A stretch of DNA of 64,000 nucleotides from Amoebidium appalachense. Taxonomy: Eukaryota; Protista; Ichthyosporea. The position numbers and the translations under genes were made by a program. The DNA lies in NCBI GenBank assembly GCA_963693365.1, contig CAVNZM010000023.1, positions 9,077 to 73,076 on the forward strand, written 5' to 3'. Numbering within the stretch: the stretch's first letter is position 1; each line of letters begins with the position of its first letter. The notes below the pieces were generated by a model. That model ran no database searches. It saw nothing but the letters and a program-made list of their open reading frames with translations, and was not told where the DNA came from. This document shows, one piece after another, positions 58,979 to 64,000 of the stretch.

Positions 58979-59975
58979 CTACCCCAACAGCGTCGCGGCC
59001 AGCGACTCCGAGAACTCCTCGCGCTTGCTGATGTCCCGGAACCCGCTGATTGCCGGCAGGTTGTCCATGCCCGCGCTGTGGATCGTGGGGTCCGGTCGGA
59101 TCTGCAGGTTGCCGTTCTTCTTGTACACGGCGGGGGCCGCCACGTTGCGCGGCCGGCTGGTTGCCGCCAACACCTCCTGTGCGGACAGTTTGGCCACGCT
59201 GCTGCGTGCCCGCGGCTTCATCTCGCTCCCTTGGAACAACCCCGTGCCCTGGATCTTGGATATGGCGTCCATTGTGTTGTTGCTGACGTCCGGCCCCACC
59301 GTGTGCACGCTGTGCGTGAGCATGGGATGCACGCTGGGCCTCGTCGCCGCTCCGATTAGCCCGCTGGGTGTGCCCGATGGCACCACCGACGTCGGCTGCA
59401 GCGCCTTATGCGCCGGCGCTGGTCCCGGCACCACCACCTGCTGCCCCCCCCGCGTTGACAACCGTGGGTGCATTGGGCACGGGCGCGGCAGGCGGCGGCG
59501 CGGTTTGCTGTTGCGCCGCCGCGGGGGCGGGCGCGGGCGCGGGGACGGGCGCGGGCGCGGGGACGGGCGCGGGGTCCGCCATGGCGAAGTCGTAGAAGTC
59601 TGCGGTGGCATAGTGGTCATCATAGCCGAGCGCGTCATCGTCGTAGCCAGCTCGTGCGTACCCAAAGGCCGCGAGCGCGTCGTCGTCGTATGCTAGCGCG
59701 TAGTCGTCGTCGTCGTCGACCATGCCCTGGTTTCCATAGGCCAGGGCCGTATCCTCGGGTTCATAGGTCTCGGAGGCCAGCCCGTCCACGTCTGCAAGCG
59801 CGGTATCCTCATCGAAGGGGCCGTTCGCCCAGTCCTCGGTGTGCTGGTGGTGGTGCGAATCATCCTCGTACTCCAAGGAACCGCAGCCGCCATATGTCGG
59901 CTTGGTGAAGTAGTACACCCCCGCAGCCAGGAGGGCCATGTAGATCAGTGATCGGTCCATCGTCCCGGAGTTCAT
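58979..59975 (-). CDS. Putative minor capsid protein P11-like membrane-anchored protein; +1 frameshift in C8 run 59444-59451
   Basis: N-terminal hydrophobic helix LIYMALLAAGVYYF, acidic and Pro/Ala repeats, and C-terminal KNGNLQIRPDPTI resembling the NCLDV P11 C-terminal motif. Confidence 0.6.
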
Positions 59976-60057
59976 ACGGGGTGTATAGAAAAAAGCCCGA
60001 CCGCGGCAAGCCAAGGTATAAAAAGCCCCGTCAATCCACATTTCACGCCAGAACACA

Positions 60058-60843
60058 ATGCTCGTCAAGACCGTCCAGGTGAACACGTTCAAATGCGCAG
60101 TCGACAGCATCAAGGACATACTGGGCGAGGTCACCGTCGTCTTCAGCCCAAAAGACGGACTGGTCCTTCCGGCCGTGGACAACGCGAAGAAGGCATTTGT
60201 CCACATGCACTTCCCCGCGGACCGCTTTGAGATATTCGACGTCGCGGAGGAGTTCCGAGCCACGTTCGAGATTCAGAATCTCTACAAGATCGTCAAGAAC
60301 GCAGCCGCTCACAAGTTTAACAGCATTTCCTTCTGCTCGGAGGACAATGGCCTCAAGGTGAAGATGGAGACGACAGACGACGCGAGTGCAATTACCTACA
60401 CCATGACCCTGATAAAGGAGGAGAGGCCACTGTTGGTGACGCCGTCGCTCGACTACGACTGTGTCTTCGACATCCAGGCTCACGAACTCGCGAGGTACCT
60501 GCGCGACATCCAGTCCGTCTCGAACGTCGTGTGCATCAGCGTATCCGACGGCTGCATGAGGCTGCGTGCGGTAGGTGCGCTCGGCAAGTGTCGCATCGAC
60601 ATACCCGAGCGCAGCCAGGACACCCTGAAAATCAGACGATGCAAGTCGTCTGGCGTGGTCTTCGTCAAGGCGCACGACGAGAAGGTGAAGGCCAAGTACA
60701 TGGTGAAATATCTGGCCGCGTTCTGCAAGGGTGCTTGTGTCAACAGTACGGTCAGGATACACGTGGCAAACAACAAACCCATCAGATTCGAATATATCGT
60801 CAGCGATTTGGGCGTCCTCGCATACCACCTGTGCCAGATGTAA
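60058..60843 (+). CDS. PCNA: Proliferating cell nuclear antigen (viral sliding clamp), 261 aa
   Basis: PCNA length and motifs FKCAVDSIKDIL, GLVLPAVDNAKKAFVHM, KYMVKYL..FCKG and KPIRFEYIVSDLGVLAYHL; intronless. Confidence 0.92.
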   Translation: MLVKTVQVNTFKCAVDSIKDILGEVTVVFSPKDGLVLPAVDNAKKAFVHMHFPADRFEIFDVAEEFRATFEIQNLYKIVKNAAAHKFNSISFCSEDNGLKVKMETTDDASAITYTMTLIKEERPLLVTPSLDYDCVFDIQAHELARYLRDIQSVSNVVCISVSDGCMRLRAVGALGKCRIDIPERSQDTLKIRRCKSSGVVFVKAHDEKVKAKYMVKYLAAFCKGACVNSTVRIHVANNKPIRFEYIVSDLGVLAYHLCQM

Positions 60844-60863
60844 GAATTATCCATGCCTGTGGC

Positions 60864-63800
60864 ATGAGCAGGCCTGGCTATATCGTCGTAGACCGATACA
60901 ACCACAATAAAGTCGTGGCCGACGCGTGGCCATGTGCCGAAGACCCATCCCGTTTTCGAATAGACCCCCGGGTCGACTCCCCGGTATCCAAAGACGCCAT
61001 CGAGCAGTCTGTGTCCACGGACCAGCAGTCCTCGCACACCCGCTTCCGCATCCGCGATCCCATGTTCGAAGACCCGCCCACAGAACCACGCGCACGCACG
61101 CACGAGACGTGGTGGGAGCGGTTCGTGGAGACCCGGCCTGACGCCGACGTGGCGGCGGAAACGCCGCACTTCCAGATGCACAGGAGCCTCATGGGCAAGG
61201 TGTACTCGAGAACCGCGTCGGCGGGCTACGTCAAGCTTGACGGCGTCACGGACTCCCGCGGGCAGGACCTCTTCAGGGAAGTCGCCCGCGGGCCAGCGCG
61301 GAAGAACGAAAGAGGCACGGTCCTGCCCCCCAAGCTTAAACCCCTACATCAACTCCCAGAGCCGCATCAGCCCGATCACCCCGAGCGCATCAGGACAGTG
61401 TACCGGTACATCGCCGACGCCGAGAAGGCCCATGCAGACAAGGTCAAGAAGTTCCTGAAAGAAGAGTCAGGGCGACCGGGCGTGGATACGACTGCCCTTG
61501 GAATCCTGGACGACGACGACGACGACAACGAGGAGGCCGGTGAGCGGAACATGGTCAACTCGCTTGCCATCATCGCCCCCGGACTGCCGCTGCCCGAGTA
61601 CGAGGAGCCAGTCGGCGACAGCGTCACCGAACGGAACTTTGCGTACAAGCACGCGATCCACACGCTGATCCAGGAGCGCGCGAAGATGGCAAAGGAGCTC
61701 GCGAAGGCCGTCCGCGACGGCCGCATCTCCAAGGCATGGAGCAAGGACGCCCTGATGGCGCACACGCAGAAGGTCGCGTTGGCCCTCGCCGAAAAGCCCC
61801 ACAACGCCGGCATCAGGCCCCTGCTGGAGAGCCTCGCCGACGGCAGGGAGCTCGAACGCCCCCCTCGAGTCCAAAGGCGAAGCCGTCAAAGTGTTCATGG
61901 ACTTCAGGAGAGCCCGCACAGAGAACGCCGTCGACGACGACCTCGCCGCGTCGCGTGAATCGGTCCTCCGCGAGCCAGCCCGCACCCTCCGCCGCGCTGA
62001 GTACTCGGACAGGGACAAGGCCAGAGACTTCGAGTCGGCCGCGAAAAGCTTGGGGTTGGCGCCGTCGGTCGCCAGCAGGGCGGTCACGGACTTCACGAGG
62101 GTCCTGGGGCCCGCCCTCGCTCCATTGCAGGCGGCAGGGAAACCAGCCGCCGGTGCCGTGCGTGGCCGCGCCGCGGTCGCACCTAATACAACCACGGACA
62201 TCACCGACTCCGTGTGCGGGCTCGTTTACGTGTCGCCTGAGCTCAGGGAGCTCCGCTTCCGTCCGCTGGCGTACCTGGTCGTGCGCATGGACCGCTACGT
62301 CCCCCAACTCATGCTGGTGGCCCTCCACATCGCCCGCCCAAACGAGAAACCGCGCATCGTCAAGAGCTCGGCCTCGTTTGTGGGGGTGTACCATCTTGCC
62401 GCAGCACCAGCTCCATCACCCCCGCCCGCGCCGCTGGGCTTCTACCTGCTCGAGCTGCAGAAGTTCGAAGCCCTTCTAAACCCCGAGACCCCATTCATAG
62501 TCAACGCCCCGTCCACCGACGCCCCGTCGCCAATCCGCACCGTCATCTTCGAGCCCGTCCCCAACCGTAACATCAGGACATCGGAGGACCACTGGGTCCT
62601 CACCCTGCACGCCGACCGCCGCTGCGACATGGACCCTCCCGACAGCCCCACCGGGGCGCTGTGGATGCTGACTGACACCGGCGCCAGCCTGCTGCTGCTA
62701 CGCGATGGCCCCGAAGCGGTCTGGTACCCGGCGGATGCCGCAACCACCCCGGGCGTGGTGCGCGCGCGTGCCATCCACCAGGTCAACCCCACTGTCGGCA
62801 GGGTGGTGAGGGGGAAGGCGTACGACCAGGACGTGCGCGACGGCGTGCTGCTGGCCTACCTGCGCGGCGAGAAGGCCGCAAAGATCGCCCGCGTCATGAA
62901 GATCTCGCCGCAGACCGCGCGCAGGTACATCGAGCGCGCCATCAAGGGGCAGTACACCTCGCGCCAGGGCGTGAACATCTCCGAGCTCCACCAGCGCACC
63001 CAGAAGCTGACAGAGGAGCAGAAGATCGCCCTCTACCAGGTCACCACAAAGGTCCCGAGCGTCTCGAGCGAGAAACTCCTCGAGGTCTACAACCGCCTGT
63101 ACCCGGACGCAAAATTGTCCGTGTCCGTGTCCACGCTGAACAAGTGGCGCCGAAAGATGGGCCTGTCCTACAAGCGTGCCGAACAGGCCCCCACCAACAC
63201 CTTTGTACGGTCCATCGCCGCCGCCACCCAGTTCTTCGAAGTCGAACGCCTTCCGTTCCTCCAGAACCACCGCAAGAACCTCGTCTTCATCGACGAGTCC
63301 TCGCTCTACCTCGACGAGACCCCCGGCATGGTCTGGGGCCGCCGCGGTGGCCACCACCCCGCCCCCCAGACCAAGCTGACCGGGATCGGCACCAAGCTGG
63401 TCATCGCCGTCGGGTTTCCGTACGAGAACGCCGCGGGCAGCCTCACCGGCCTGGTCAAGTGCATGATTCTCAGCCCGCGTCCGATCAACGACTACCTCTA
63501 CAACTACAGGCACCTGGCGCCCGGCGGCGCCGAGCCCAAGGCCGACATCGACGCCAAGACGCTCGTCCCCGACTCGTTCGACGGCCGCGCCTTCTATCTG
63601 TTCCTCGAGCACGTGCTGGGGCGCGACCCCGCCACCGACGACGCCATTCTGTGCATGGACAACGCCCCCCAGCACAATGCAGAGGCGTTTCTGGACCAGA
63701 TTACCAGGCTGTCGCTGCGGAAGAGGTGGCGCGTCCAGTGGCTGCCCCCGTACAACTCGAAGTTCAACGTCGCCGAGCTTGCCATTGGCTTTGTCAAGCA

Positions 63801-64000
63801 CTACGTGCGCAAACGCTACCCAAAATCTTACATGCACCTGCGCATGCTGATGAAGGAGGCGTGTGCAGCCCTTACAAGGAACCCCCAGCACGTCGTAAAC
63901 TGGATGAAGAAATGCGGGTACGGCCTGTCGGTCAACATCACAAAGAACTCGAACATCCGCGTCGACAGGCTGGGCCAATTCGCACCGGACGGCACTGTTT
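60864..64000 (+). CDS. Large protein (>1000 aa, 3' partial) ending in an IS630/Tc1-mariner transposase; +1 frameshift in C6 at 61859-61864
   Basis: The frame starting at 61861 is open to the window end and is not in the ORF track. It contains HTH (KAYDQDVR..KIARVMKISPQTARRY), SVSTLNKWRRKMGLSYKR, VFIDES (D 63292), MDNAPQH (D 63658) and LPPYNSKFNVAE (E 63775). The join to the 60864 ORF is inferred. Confidence 0.8.

Larger units (their letters stand above)
22230..64000. mobile_element. Giant endogenous viral element (Nucleocytoviricota-like), left part; continues beyond the window
   Basis: Abrupt switch from intron/microsatellite-rich DNA to intronless, densely packed ORFs encoding PCNA, YqaJ, D5-like helicases, KilA-N, Bro-N-like, DUF5760-like, P11-like and C5-MTase proteins. 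The left boundary is approximate (21.1-22.7 kb). Confidence 0.85.

Noticed and set aside
22692-64000. Bacterial or phage contamination as the origin of the gene-dense region
   Set aside because: PCNA, C2H2 fingers, a Vps4-clade AAA, TATA/CCAAT/AATAAA signals and the lack of evident Shine-Dalgarno sites point to a eukaryotic virus.

Overview
A eukaryotic host-to-giant-virus junction. Bases 1 to ~22.2 kb are microsatellite- and poly-G/C-rich eukaryotic DNA. They carry a complete 12-exon, minus-strand ArgJ-family ornithine/glutamate acetyltransferase gene (reconstructed by hand, 416 aa) plus MITE-like inverted repeats. From ~22.2 kb to the end the sequence is intron-free and gene-dense, with a Nucleocytoviricota-type gene set: PCNA, YqaJ exonuclease, two D5-like SF3 helicases, KilA-N and Bro-N-like proteins, a DUF5760-like protein, a P11-like capsid motif, AAA+ ATPases and a C2H2 zinc finger. 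This is most simply a giant endogenous viral element (GEVE). Three items stand out. (1) A Z1-type SF2 ATPase converges on two tandem C5 DNA methyltransferases with different target-recognition regions. (2) A mirror-symmetric 5 kb cassette has two homologous inverted repeat arrays flanking a head-to-head pair of unknown paralogs with a J-domain-like HPD/HAD motif. (3) An IS630/Tc1 DD38E transposase domain forms the C-terminus of a long viral ORF that is absent from the ORF track. Six viral genes appear split by single-base frameshifts, mostly in homopolymers, which may be assembly errors. All family calls come from motif recognition by eye; no database search was run.
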